Shown: positions 15,636 through 23,998 of the stretch, in pieces | How the letters are laid out: the number at the start of each line of letters is the position of its first letter | Position numbering within the stretch: the stretch's first letter is position 1 | From: Campylobacterota bacterium | GTDB lineage: Bacteria; Campylobacterota; Campylobacteria; Campylobacterales; Sulfurimonadaceae | Direction of reading: 5' to 3' | NCBI GenBank assembly: GCA_034717975.1 | Contig: JAYEMF010000014.1 | Coordinates: 1 to 24,010, forward strand | Length of the DNA: 24,010 nt | The notes under the pieces: model-generated | The model's database searches: none | What the model was told of the DNA's origin: nothing | The model's input: the letters and a program-made list of their open reading frames with translations, nothing else | Position numbers and translations under genes: made by a program

Positions 15636-17477
15636 TCACCCCGTAATAAAGCTATTTAACTCATGTTGCAGTGCTTCTCCATCCTTATCACTTTCAAAAG
15701 TTGACAGTTCGCATCGGACGACACCTCTTTTATTTAGAAACTTTTTACGCAGAGCATCTTCTTCAATAGACATCGAAGTGGCACTGACCACCAAAAAATC
15801 ATCGCCCTGTATACGGAACAGCACACTGTCAGGATTACTCTTCTCACTTAAATAGTTTGCTATTTTCTGCAAAAACTTGTCACCCTCATGCCACCCTTTC
15901 AGACGATTGAACTCAGAAAAATTTTGTAAACACAGCAGTAAAAAGTATTTTTTTACGCCGCTGAAGCGTTCACGAAGCAGGAGAGGAAGATAATCGGAGA
16001 AGTAGTGGCCTGTCAGACGGTCTTTAAAAAAGTAGGCAAAACGCTCTTCCTCCAGTACAGTATGCGGTTCCTGTGTAATATCTGTCTGTATCGAGATAGT
16101 TGAAAGAATATTGACAGCGGCATCAACGACTTCCGGATGAAACTGCATGTTCTTTAACGCGTTAAGCTCAACGATCGCTTCGTTCAGATCCATGCGCGGC
16201 TTATAGATACGGTTGGTTGTCATGGCATCAAAAGCATCGGCAACAATCATAATGCGTGAGAGCGGCGGAATGTCATACCCGCTCCTGCCGCTCGGGTAAC
16301 CTTTACCGTCAAAACGTTCATGGTGATAACGCATGATCTCGGCGATCTCGTGGTAATTAGGGATATCTTTTAAGATAGTGTGACCGGCATTGAGATGTTC
16401 TTTAATCAGCGAATACTCAAGCAGGTTCAGCTTTCCGGGTTTGAGCAAAATGCTGTCTGGCGTCGCCACCTTTCCAATGTCGTGAAGTTTGGCCGCCTTC
16501 TCAAGCAGCTCGATCTCTTCTTGCGGGTAGCCCATCTCACGGGCGATCAATACACAGTAGTGTGCCACACGCTGCGTATGCCCGGCCGTATAGCTGTCAC
16601 GCTGATCGATCATCCTCACAAGGGACTCTATCATCGCCTCCTGCTCTTTAATACGCTGCTTTTCTATCTCAAGCAGTGCTTCTGTCTGTCGCTGCTGCTC
16701 TTTGATCTGGGTCATATCTCTGAAGATCACTACGACAGAGTACTCTTCTGCACTCTCCTGAATAGCTGCAGCAGCTATAGAGACAGGGAATGATGATCCG
16801 TTTTTTCGGATAAATAGTTCATTATCACTCAGGTAAGAGTGACGGGAGTGAAGTGCCCTGTGTACCGGACACGCTTTGGCACTCACCTTTTTGCCGTTAA
16901 GATCATGGTAATGGATCATCTCATGAATCTTCTGACCCATCAGCTCATTTTCAGAGTATCCCAGCAAGTCGAGCGCTTTGGGATTGACATAGATAACCCG
17001 ATGATCAGCATCAAGCACATAGATACCTTCGGCAATACTCTCGGCCAGATGCTGAAAACGGTTCTGCTCACGCACCATCTTGTCACGCTGATGAAAAATG
17101 CTTAGGTAGAGGTTGATCTTGTTAAGCAGCAGATGATCGTCGATCGGCTTGGTCAGGTAATCGACCGCCCCCAGCTCATACCCGTGGGCAATGAACTCTT
17201 CACTTTTATAGACCGCTGTCAGGAAGAGTACTGGGATATGTCTGGTCTCCTGATTAAGCTTGATCAGGCGTGCCACCTCAAAGCCGTCCATCTCCGGCAT
17301 CTGGATATCGAGGATAACCAGGTCAATTTCCTGTTTCAGCAGCACGTTCAAAGCCTCACGTCCTGAAAGGACGGTAAGTATCTCAACGCTCCCGAGCTGC
17401 TGCAGCAGTACTTTTAGTGTAAAGAGATTGTTCTTGTTGTCATCGACACATAAAATCTGATACGTTCTTTTCATCAT
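15636..17477 (-). CDS. REC-PAS-HD-GYP c-di-GMP phosphodiesterase with a degenerate C-terminal GGDEF-like domain
   Basis: REC (CVDD, LDIQMP, KP), PAS, HDIGK, HHERFDGKGYP, ADAFDAMT. GGDEF-like KDRLTG...N...G...GD...RIQGDDF. Start is ambiguous among 17480, 17477 and 17474. Confidence 0.92.
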   Translation of the reverse strand: MMKRTYQILCVDDNKNNLFTLKVLLQQLGSVEILTVLSGREALNVLLKQEIDLVILDIQMPEMDGFEVARLIKLNQETRHIPVLFLTAVYKSEEFIAHGYELGAVDYLTKPIDDHLLLNKINLYLSIFHQRDKMVREQNRFQHLAESIAEGIYVLDADHRVIYVNPKALDLLGYSENELMGQKIHEMIHYHDLNGKKVSAKACPVHRALHSRHSYLSDNELFIRKNGSSFPVSIAAAAIQESAEEYSVVVIFRDMTQIKEQQRQTEALLEIEKQRIKEQEAMIESLVRMIDQRDSYTAGHTQRVAHYCVLIAREMGYPQEEIELLEKAAKLHDIGKVATPDSILLKPGKLNLLEYSLIKEHLNAGHTILKDIPNYHEIAEIMRYHHERFDGKGYPSGRSGYDIPPLSRIMIVADAFDAMTTNRIYKPRMDLNEAIVELNALKNMQFHPEVVDAAVNILSTISIQTDITQEPHTVLEEERFAYFFKDRLTGHYFSDYLPLLLRERFSGVKKYFLLLCLQNFSEFNRLKGWHEGDKFLQKIANYLSEKSNPDSVLFRIQGDDFLVVSATSMSIEEDALRKKFLNKRGVVRCELSTFESDKDGEALQHELNSFITG

Positions 17478-17617
17478 CAACTATCCACTTCGGCGATACG
17501 GTTTCGTCCGGACTCTTTCGCGTTGTAGAGTACCCCGTCAACAAGCTCTATAAAAAGCTCTTTCTCCACTCCGGGCTTATACTCACCTATACCGATACTG
17601 ACCGTGACCGCTAACAT
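17477..17617 (-). pseudogene. 46-aa ORF equal to the C-terminal fragment of a GGDEF (diguanylate cyclase) domain
   Basis: Hand translation: MLAVTVSIGIGEYKPGVEKELFIELVDGVLYNAKESGRNRIAEVDS*. It matches the GGDEF C-terminal pattern vTvSiG...aDxaLYxAKxxGRNr. Below the ORF-track size cut-off. Confidence 0.85.
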
Positions 17618-17623
17618 CGCTTC

Positions 17624-19282
17624 TTATATCCTCCGAAATATATTTTTTCTGACCGCTTTAAAGTGCTTCTCCTGCTGCAACCCGCTGATGTTTTCATTTT
17701 CACCGATGATCAGATATCCTCCGGCTATCAGCGAATTTTTAAAGAGCTCCAGGACACTGTCCCGCAGGTACGTATCAAAATAGATTAACACATTGTTACA
17801 AAAGATGATTTGAAACAGGTTCATACTGTCTTCCGTGGCAAGGTTGTGGCGGAAAAAAAAGACATGATCGCGCAGTCTGGGAGCGATGGAGAAAAACTGC
17901 TCCTCTTTATAGATGTAGCGCTGGATATCTCCCTCTCCGCCGCTGGCATGAAAATTCACGGCCAGCGACTCGATCTCTTCCATCGGATAGAGTCCGTTTT
18001 TGGCAATAGTGAGGCTGTTGGTATTGAGATCGGTGCCGTAGATCAGCGTATTTTTCAACATCCCCTCCTGCTCGGCCAGCATGGCCATCGAGTAGGCCTC
18101 TTTCCCTATGGATGAACCGGCACTCCAGATCTTCAGATGGTTCTTTCTGTCAAACGTCGGCAGGATCTCGTCTTTAATGAAACGCCACGTATCAGGTTCA
18201 CGAAAAAAGTAGGTTGTCGGGATAGAGAGTTCCATCAGGAGACGTTTAAACCTGCGCTTATAGGCGAGGGTACTGATAAAAAACTGGCGTTGGCCCGAGA
18301 AGCTGTATTTACTGAGAGCTGCATTGACCCGGCGCTCGATGCTGTCTAAAATATAGTTGCGGAAATCGTACCCGTACAGAGCATTGGCGCTATCGATATA
18401 CGTTTGAAGCAGCTGTTCGTCAGAGGAGGCAAATACCGGCAGCAGATGTATGATCTTCTCAAGGGTAGCCTCCAGATGGAACTGTCCACTCTCTTTAATA
18501 TGTTTTACCAGCTCGTTTGCCCCGCACTCGGAGGCCTCTTCGATGATGAGCGGCATCGCTTTGGAGACGGCATAACGGGATCCCTCTACCCCGTCGACAC
18601 TGTATCCGCAAAGGACAACACCTACGGCACTTGAGCCATACTCATCGGTAAGTGAAGAGAGTGTCACATCGATGGAGGGTCGGGCATGGTTGACAGCGTC
18701 ATCCCTGCCCACTCTGAAAATTCCCTGTTGAACACGCAGATGATGATCTGGCCTGGCAATGTAGACAACGCCGCCTTTGACAGGCATGCCATCCTCGGCG
18801 TACTGAACCTTATAACGGGTCAAGGGCTGTAAAATCGAATCCTGAAGCAGTTCGGCATCACTGCTGATATGCTGCACGATACAGATACTCAATGTCTCAC
18901 TGAAAGGGAGCTCCTTCAGGATTTCATGGACCTTGTCGTTGGAGTCGGCTGAACCGGTCAGCGCAACCATTTTTGTCTGAGAGAGCTTTTTCAAACGGCA
19001 AAAGAGGTTATCTGCCCTGTCATACAGTATCTTTACTCCCAGTTTGTTCAGATAGGTGCTAAGATAGATCTCATCAGACGTTACCTTCAGGTGCTGCTCT
19101 TTCTGCAGACGCAGCAGGAGACGGACAATGTTTTCATGAACGACAAAGATACGCCTGAAAATAAGATGGGAGACCTCTTTTTGCATCAATGCCTCTACCA
19201 TTGCTATTTCGTCAGAACTGCTCAGAGGTCCGGTGATATCGACAATATTATGTCCGTACCCGGTGTATCTTTTTAGTTTCAT
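17624..19282 (-). CDS. CheB methylesterase-CheR methyltransferase fusion with an N-terminal STAS-like domain
   Basis: CheB: TGSADS, VQHIS, RPSIDV, LCGYSVDG. CheR: YGYDF, TYFFRE, IWSAGSSIGKEAYS, GTDLN, CNNVLIYFD, GGYLIIG. Confidence 0.9.
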   Translation of the reverse strand: MKLKRYTGYGHNIVDITGPLSSSDEIAMVEALMQKEVSHLIFRRIFVVHENIVRLLLRLQKEQHLKVTSDEIYLSTYLNKLGVKILYDRADNLFCRLKKLSQTKMVALTGSADSNDKVHEILKELPFSETLSICIVQHISSDAELLQDSILQPLTRYKVQYAEDGMPVKGGVVYIARPDHHLRVQQGIFRVGRDDAVNHARPSIDVTLSSLTDEYGSSAVGVVLCGYSVDGVEGSRYAVSKAMPLIIEEASECGANELVKHIKESGQFHLEATLEKIIHLLPVFASSDEQLLQTYIDSANALYGYDFRNYILDSIERRVNAALSKYSFSGQRQFFISTLAYKRRFKRLLMELSIPTTYFFREPDTWRFIKDEILPTFDRKNHLKIWSAGSSIGKEAYSMAMLAEQEGMLKNTLIYGTDLNTNSLTIAKNGLYPMEEIESLAVNFHASGGEGDIQRYIYKEEQFFSIAPRLRDHVFFFRHNLATEDSMNLFQIIFCNNVLIYFDTYLRDSVLELFKNSLIAGGYLIIGENENISGLQQEKHFKAVRKNIFRRI

Positions 19283-19295
19283 TTTATAAAGAACT

Positions 19296-22200
19296 CTACT
19301 TCATCTTATCGATCCACAAGCTGCTCAACTGCATCAATGTCTCTTCGTTGATCGGCTTGGTAATATAGTCATTTGCGCCTGCATCGATACATTTTTGCCT
19401 ATCTTCCTTCATCGCCTTGGCGGTGACAGCGATGATCGGGATATGGTCATACGCTTTGTTCCTGCGTATCTCCTCTATGGTTGTATAACCATCCATCTTC
19501 GGCATCATGATATCCATCAGGATCAGATCGATCACCGTGCTCTCCTCTTTTAATATGTCTAGTGCTTCGTGGCCACTCAATGCGTGCAGTGTCTGTGCAC
19601 CGACTCCCTGATAAAGTGCCGAAAGTGTAAAGATATTACGGGAATCATCATCCACCAGCAGAAGCGTGTTTCCTTCAAACTTATACTTGTTGATAGCCGC
19701 CGACTCCGCCTCATCCTCTTTTTCAGTAAGGATCTGCGGCGGTTCAGCTTCTGCTGAGCCAGGTACCTGTGGTGAAACCAATTCGGCTTCTGGTGAAGCG
19801 GGTGCTTGTGCTACAGCGGACTCTGCCGGTGCCGAAACTGTCGCACTCACCGCCGTTGACTCTTTATTGATCTTGGGAATACTCAGGGTAAAAGTACTTC
19901 CCTCTCCCTCTGTGCTCTCAAGCGTCAACTCACCGCCGAGCAGTTTGGCAAAACGCAGACTGATAGAGAGTCCGAGCCCCGTGCCGCCATACTCCCGGCT
20001 TATCGAGCCGTCAACCTGCTTAAAGGCTTCAAATACGTGTTCAAGTTTATCTTTCGGAATACCGATACCGGTATCGATCACGGCAAAGTTCAGCTTCTCG
20101 CTCCTCTCATACATATGCAGGGTGACACTTCCCTCTTTGGTGAACTTGAAGGCGTTGGAGAGCAGGTTCTTTAACACCTGCGTCACTTTTGTCATGTCGG
20201 TATCGAAGCTGGAGTCGAGTTCATCATTGACCACAAAAGGAATATCTTTGTCATGTGAGATAGGGGTAAAAAGATCCTGCAGGTTGGAAGTGATCTTGGC
20301 CGATGATATCTCGGCAATATTGAGCTCCGTCTGTCCCGCTTCGATCTTGGAGAGGTCTAAAATATCGTTGATCAGAAGCAGCAGATCGTTACCGGCATTG
20401 TGAATGACCTCGGCTTTTTTGCCCTCTTCCTCATCCCCCAGTCTGTCACGCAGCATCTTTGAAAGCAAAACGATGGAGTTGAGCGGCGTACGCAGTTCAT
20501 GCGACATGTTGGCGAGGAACTCCGATTTGTATCGGCTCGCCTGCATCAGCTCTTCGGCCTGCTTGTCCAGGTCGGCTTTGGCTTGCGTCAGTATAAGGTT
20601 CTGTTTGTTCATATCTTCCGCCTGCATTTTCAGCTGCTGCGCCTGCTCCTCCATCTGGACGTTGGTCTGCTGCAGCTCCTCGGATTTAAGCTGCGACTCT
20701 TCATAATCGCGCTGTGATTTATCGAGCAGCTCTTTGATCTGCATATTCTGTACGGTAGAGTGCAGTGCCGTGGCAAAAATATTGGCTGCTTTTACGAGAT
20801 AATCTTTATGCAGTTGTGTAAAGCTTTCAAAACTCATCAGCTCAGCGACACCAAAGAGTTCTCCCTCATGAATAAGCGGGAAGGTAAATACCTCTTTTGA
20901 TTTTGAGAGTGTCGTACCACTCTGAATTTCAAACTCATCATCTTTGATGTTTTTAAGTAAAATAGGCTCTTCTTCAAGCGCCACCTGACCGACAACGCCC
21001 TCTCCGATTTTAAAATTGTTCGACAGTTCGTCACGGGAAGTGTAGGCATAAGAGGAGATAAGATGCAGTGTCCCGCTCTTTTTATCGAATGTATAAATCA
21101 CGCCGCTGCTTGCTCCGACATAACGGCTTAGCATGCTTACCGCCTGTTTGGCCAGGTCTACCGTATCGTCGATGCCGGTCAGTTTATCGCTGAAGTTTCC
21201 GATACCTTCACTAAACCAGATCTCCTCTTTGCTTCTGGTGGTGTTTGCCCTCAGCATATCGGTCATCGTGACCAGTGCCGTTCCAAGCTCATCACTTTTT
21301 GATTTTGCTTCAATGTTATGACTGAAATCCTCATTTGTGATGGCATTGGCCTGGTTGAGTATGGTATTGAGGTACGCTATCATATCCATGATGGCACCCC
21401 CTAACCTGTCTTCACTGCCCTGGGTTTTATAAGTGACATCTATCTCACCCGTGGAGATAGATTCAGCTACTTTTGTAATCGTTTCAAGATAGTTTATCAT
21501 CTGGATCAAAGCAAGACCAAGCTGGTCATCACTGCTTTTTGCTATGATTTTTACATCATAATTTCCCACCGAGAGGCTTACGGCCAGGTTTGTAATCTCT
21601 TTTAGCCTTTTTGTCATATCTTTAATTGCCAGTCCAAGCTGGTCATTTTTGCCAAGCAGTGCTATCTCTTTGGTAAAATCACCGTTGGACACGGCATTGG
21701 CCTGATTGATCGTTGTCTCGATCGCATCGACAAGAATGGTCGTCGAACTGACTATTTGACCGATCTCATCATTTTCTTTATATTCTATCTCCTCTTTTTT
21801 TATCTCCCCTTTTGCCAATGCTTTCAGTTGAAAGGTGACTTTTGCCAACGGATCCATAAGTTTTGAGATATAACCGTTGATAAGCAGCAGGCCCAATAGA
21901 AGTACAGTGACCAGGATTATAAAAAATACATTGACAAACCTGTCCAGCGATGAAAGGGCTGTATCCACATCTATCGCAGTTACAAGATACCAGAACCGGT
22001 AGGGGTTCTCGGCTTTGTTCGGATAGATCCTATGCATGGAAAATATTTTTTCACCTTCTATAAAAGTAGTTTCATCCCTGTCTTTAAACTGCTTTGTCAC
22101 CCCCGGGTAGTCTCTATTGAAGTTATAGTCGGTTCCCAGCTGAAAACCCCATCTTCTGGTTTTATCACCGATAAAAAGGTAGTACCCCTGCTCATTTAAA

Positions 22201-22910
22201 AGATAGTATTTCTGAACATCCCTTGTCTCGTCTATCGCCTTTGCCGTTGCGATCTCATTTAAGATGTAGTTGGCATTGAAGTTAAGGACGATCACCCCTT
22301 TGATCTCCCCGTTTTCATTGATAAGCGGCGTAGAGTACCTGACCACCGGGACATAAGGCTTCTCTATCTGCCCCTTTTCAATGTTCAGGTTCATGACAGA
22401 GATGTAAAACTCGCCTTTTTTTAATTTCAACGCTTCTTTAAAGTAGTTTCTGTGTGATTTGTTTTGAAGTTTGCCCTCTTCTGTCTGAATGATCTTGTTG
22501 GTCTGCTCATCATATTTAAGCAGTATTTTTTCGTTACCCTCTATGTCTAAAATCCTGATCTGATAATAGAGTTTTTTGTTGTGTATGTAATCTTTCAGGG
22601 CTGAAATATAGACGTTTTTCCAATGTTTTATCTTTTTTTTGTCTTTCAGATCTTCCCAGACAACCAGTTTTTCCAACGCATAAAAGTTGGCATTGTAGAT
22701 CACATCTTCAGGTATGGTCCCAAGGACCCCTTTTATCTCATTGGAGAGCGCTTTGGTCTCCCCTTTGTTAATGGATAGCACAGAGTCTATATAGGACTCT
22801 TTGGCACTTTTGAAACCAAACCACCCTACCGCACTGACAGCAATGACGATAACAACAATAAAAAGTGAAAATATCTTGTTTTTAACGGAAAGGTTTAACT
22901 GCATAGTCAT
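19296..22910 (-). CDS. Hybrid sensor kinase: TM-Cache-like-TM, 5 HAMP, GAF, Glu/Gln coiled coil, HisKA, HATPase, REC
   Basis: Two TM helices around a periplasmic domain (NKSHRNYF, PVVRYSTP). D(E/Q/R)(I/L)G repeats. GAF (GEGVVGQVA). FLANMSHELRTPL, NLLSNAFKFT, DTGIGI, GGTGLGL. REC: LLVDD, DIMMP, KP. Confidence 0.94.
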   Translation of the reverse strand: MTMQLNLSVKNKIFSLFIVVIVIAVSAVGWFGFKSAKESYIDSVLSINKGETKALSNEIKGVLGTIPEDVIYNANFYALEKLVVWEDLKDKKKIKHWKNVYISALKDYIHNKKLYYQIRILDIEGNEKILLKYDEQTNKIIQTEEGKLQNKSHRNYFKEALKLKKGEFYISVMNLNIEKGQIEKPYVPVVRYSTPLINENGEIKGVIVLNFNANYILNEIATAKAIDETRDVQKYYLLNEQGYYLFIGDKTRRWGFQLGTDYNFNRDYPGVTKQFKDRDETTFIEGEKIFSMHRIYPNKAENPYRFWYLVTAIDVDTALSSLDRFVNVFFIILVTVLLLGLLLINGYISKLMDPLAKVTFQLKALAKGEIKKEEIEYKENDEIGQIVSSTTILVDAIETTINQANAVSNGDFTKEIALLGKNDQLGLAIKDMTKRLKEITNLAVSLSVGNYDVKIIAKSSDDQLGLALIQMINYLETITKVAESISTGEIDVTYKTQGSEDRLGGAIMDMIAYLNTILNQANAITNEDFSHNIEAKSKSDELGTALVTMTDMLRANTTRSKEEIWFSEGIGNFSDKLTGIDDTVDLAKQAVSMLSRYVGASSGVIYTFDKKSGTLHLISSYAYTSRDELSNNFKIGEGVVGQVALEEEPILLKNIKDDEFEIQSGTTLSKSKEVFTFPLIHEGELFGVAELMSFESFTQLHKDYLVKAANIFATALHSTVQNMQIKELLDKSQRDYEESQLKSEELQQTNVQMEEQAQQLKMQAEDMNKQNLILTQAKADLDKQAEELMQASRYKSEFLANMSHELRTPLNSIVLLSKMLRDRLGDEEEGKKAEVIHNAGNDLLLLINDILDLSKIEAGQTELNIAEISSAKITSNLQDLFTPISHDKDIPFVVNDELDSSFDTDMTKVTQVLKNLLSNAFKFTKEGSVTLHMYERSEKLNFAVIDTGIGIPKDKLEHVFEAFKQVDGSISREYGGTGLGLSISLRFAKLLGGELTLESTEGEGSTFTLSIPKINKESTAVSATVSAPAESAVAQAPASPEAELVSPQVPGSAEAEPPQILTEKEDEAESAAINKYKFEGNTLLLVDDDSRNIFTLSALYQGVGAQTLHALSGHEALDILKEESTVIDLILMDIMMPKMDGYTTIEEIRRNKAYDHIPIIAVTAKAMKEDRQKCIDAGANDYITKPINEETLMQLSSLWIDKMK

Positions 22911-23827
22911 CTTCCTTTATTTAGAGAGTGGATAAGGCTTAATTTTCTAAGGTTCCAGCTCATAAGCTGAGTAACTTCAGCGGGTGTTTTCGTCTTGTAC
23001 TTGGTTGCCGCGGGAGTAACAGCCCTCAACCCGACATAGGCTTTGAGTGTCTGAAGTTCCGCTATTATCATTTGAGTAATACTGAAAACATCGCTTGGCG
23101 TTGGTTTCTCTTTTTTAAATCCGCTGAAATCTACAAAATCTATACCTGCAGCAATTTGGAGCTGTTTTATCTTTTCAAGGATTTTCATCCCTTCATTGAA
23201 CGCATCTTCCGGGGTATCACTGATGTTTTTGGTATCGGGTATGGTTTTATCTGCTATTTCCAGATGTTGCAGGATAAGGGTTATATCATCATTGAGTCTC
23301 ATATTTTCGGCAAAGACAAACGATGGGGTGACCCCGCCTTTGTTTAACTCATCTAACGATGTCGAGATATGGCTTAGTCCATTGAATACATCCAAAGACG
23401 TTTTCCCTCTGAATGTCTGCTGTTTAAGCGTCGGGCTTTTTATCCCCATTCTAAGTTGAAAGATCTTTAGTTCTGTCAGGATCCTCTGCGTCTGTTCATA
23501 CACCAGATCGGGATTTAGATTTAAGACCGGCATCATATTGACCGGTTCAATGAATGGCAACTTGTTCTCTTCTCTGAGTAGATTTATCTTAACCATGATC
23601 TCATAGGATTTTTGCCACACATTTCTTGGCTTCAGTTCTGTTTTCATCTGCTGTTGATCTGTGCCTTCATCAGCATGAAGATGATCCAGTTCAAAATACC
23701 TGTGAAGAACATGTACATGCTCCTGGATCAATCTGACCTGTGCATACACTTCGTTCTCTGTTATCTCTTTTGCCGCTGCAAAACTGCTCAGCACGGCAAT
23801 GATCAGTAGTGCTCTTATCATCTTCAA
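22907..23827 (-). CDS. Exported hypothetical protein built from 8 helical repeats (start TTG 23827 or ATG 23821)
   Basis: Sec signal ending in AAA. Repeating (T/K/N)PxxV(F/Y/W) motif. ATGA overlap with the downstream kinase. Confidence 0.85.
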   Translation of the reverse strand: MKMIRALLIIAVLSSFAAAKEITENEVYAQVRLIQEHVHVLHRYFELDHLHADEGTDQQQMKTELKPRNVWQKSYEIMVKINLLREENKLPFIEPVNMMPVLNLNPDLVYEQTQRILTELKIFQLRMGIKSPTLKQQTFRGKTSLDVFNGLSHISTSLDELNKGGVTPSFVFAENMRLNDDITLILQHLEIADKTIPDTKNISDTPEDAFNEGMKILEKIKQLQIAAGIDFVDFSGFKKEKPTPSDVFSITQMIIAELQTLKAYVGLRAVTPAATKYKTKTPAEVTQLMSWNLRKLSLIHSLNKGR

Positions 23828-23846
23828 ACCCTATTAATAGCGAATT

Positions 23847-23852
23847 ATTATA
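23847..23852 (-). promoter_or_regulatory. Putative -10 box of the right-hand signalling operon
   Basis: TATAAT on the - strand about 20 nt upstream of the start, in an AT-rich region. Palindrome CTATTAATAG at 23831-23840. Confidence 0.4.
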
Positions 23853-23940
23853 TGTTACATCTATTAAAATTTGGTATTGCTGAAAACCCTAATATAGAAA
23901 TAGAAAAATAAGCAATAAAGAGGAAGTATCGTAAAATAGG

Positions 23941-23998
23941 TAAAAAGAAAGCGAAAAGCTGAACCTATAACTTTCACCTAACGGGTGCAGCTTTTCCC
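23941..23998 (-). terminator. Terminator-like stem-loop for a - strand transcript entering from outside the window
   Basis: 12/13-bp IR, 23953-23965 / 23984-23996, with an 18-nt loop. Followed on the - strand by GCTTTCTTTTT. Confidence 0.35.

Noticed and set aside
17624..19282. Canonical chemotaxis operon
   Set aside because: No cheA, cheW, cheY or MCP is in the window, and the CheB lacks a REC domain.
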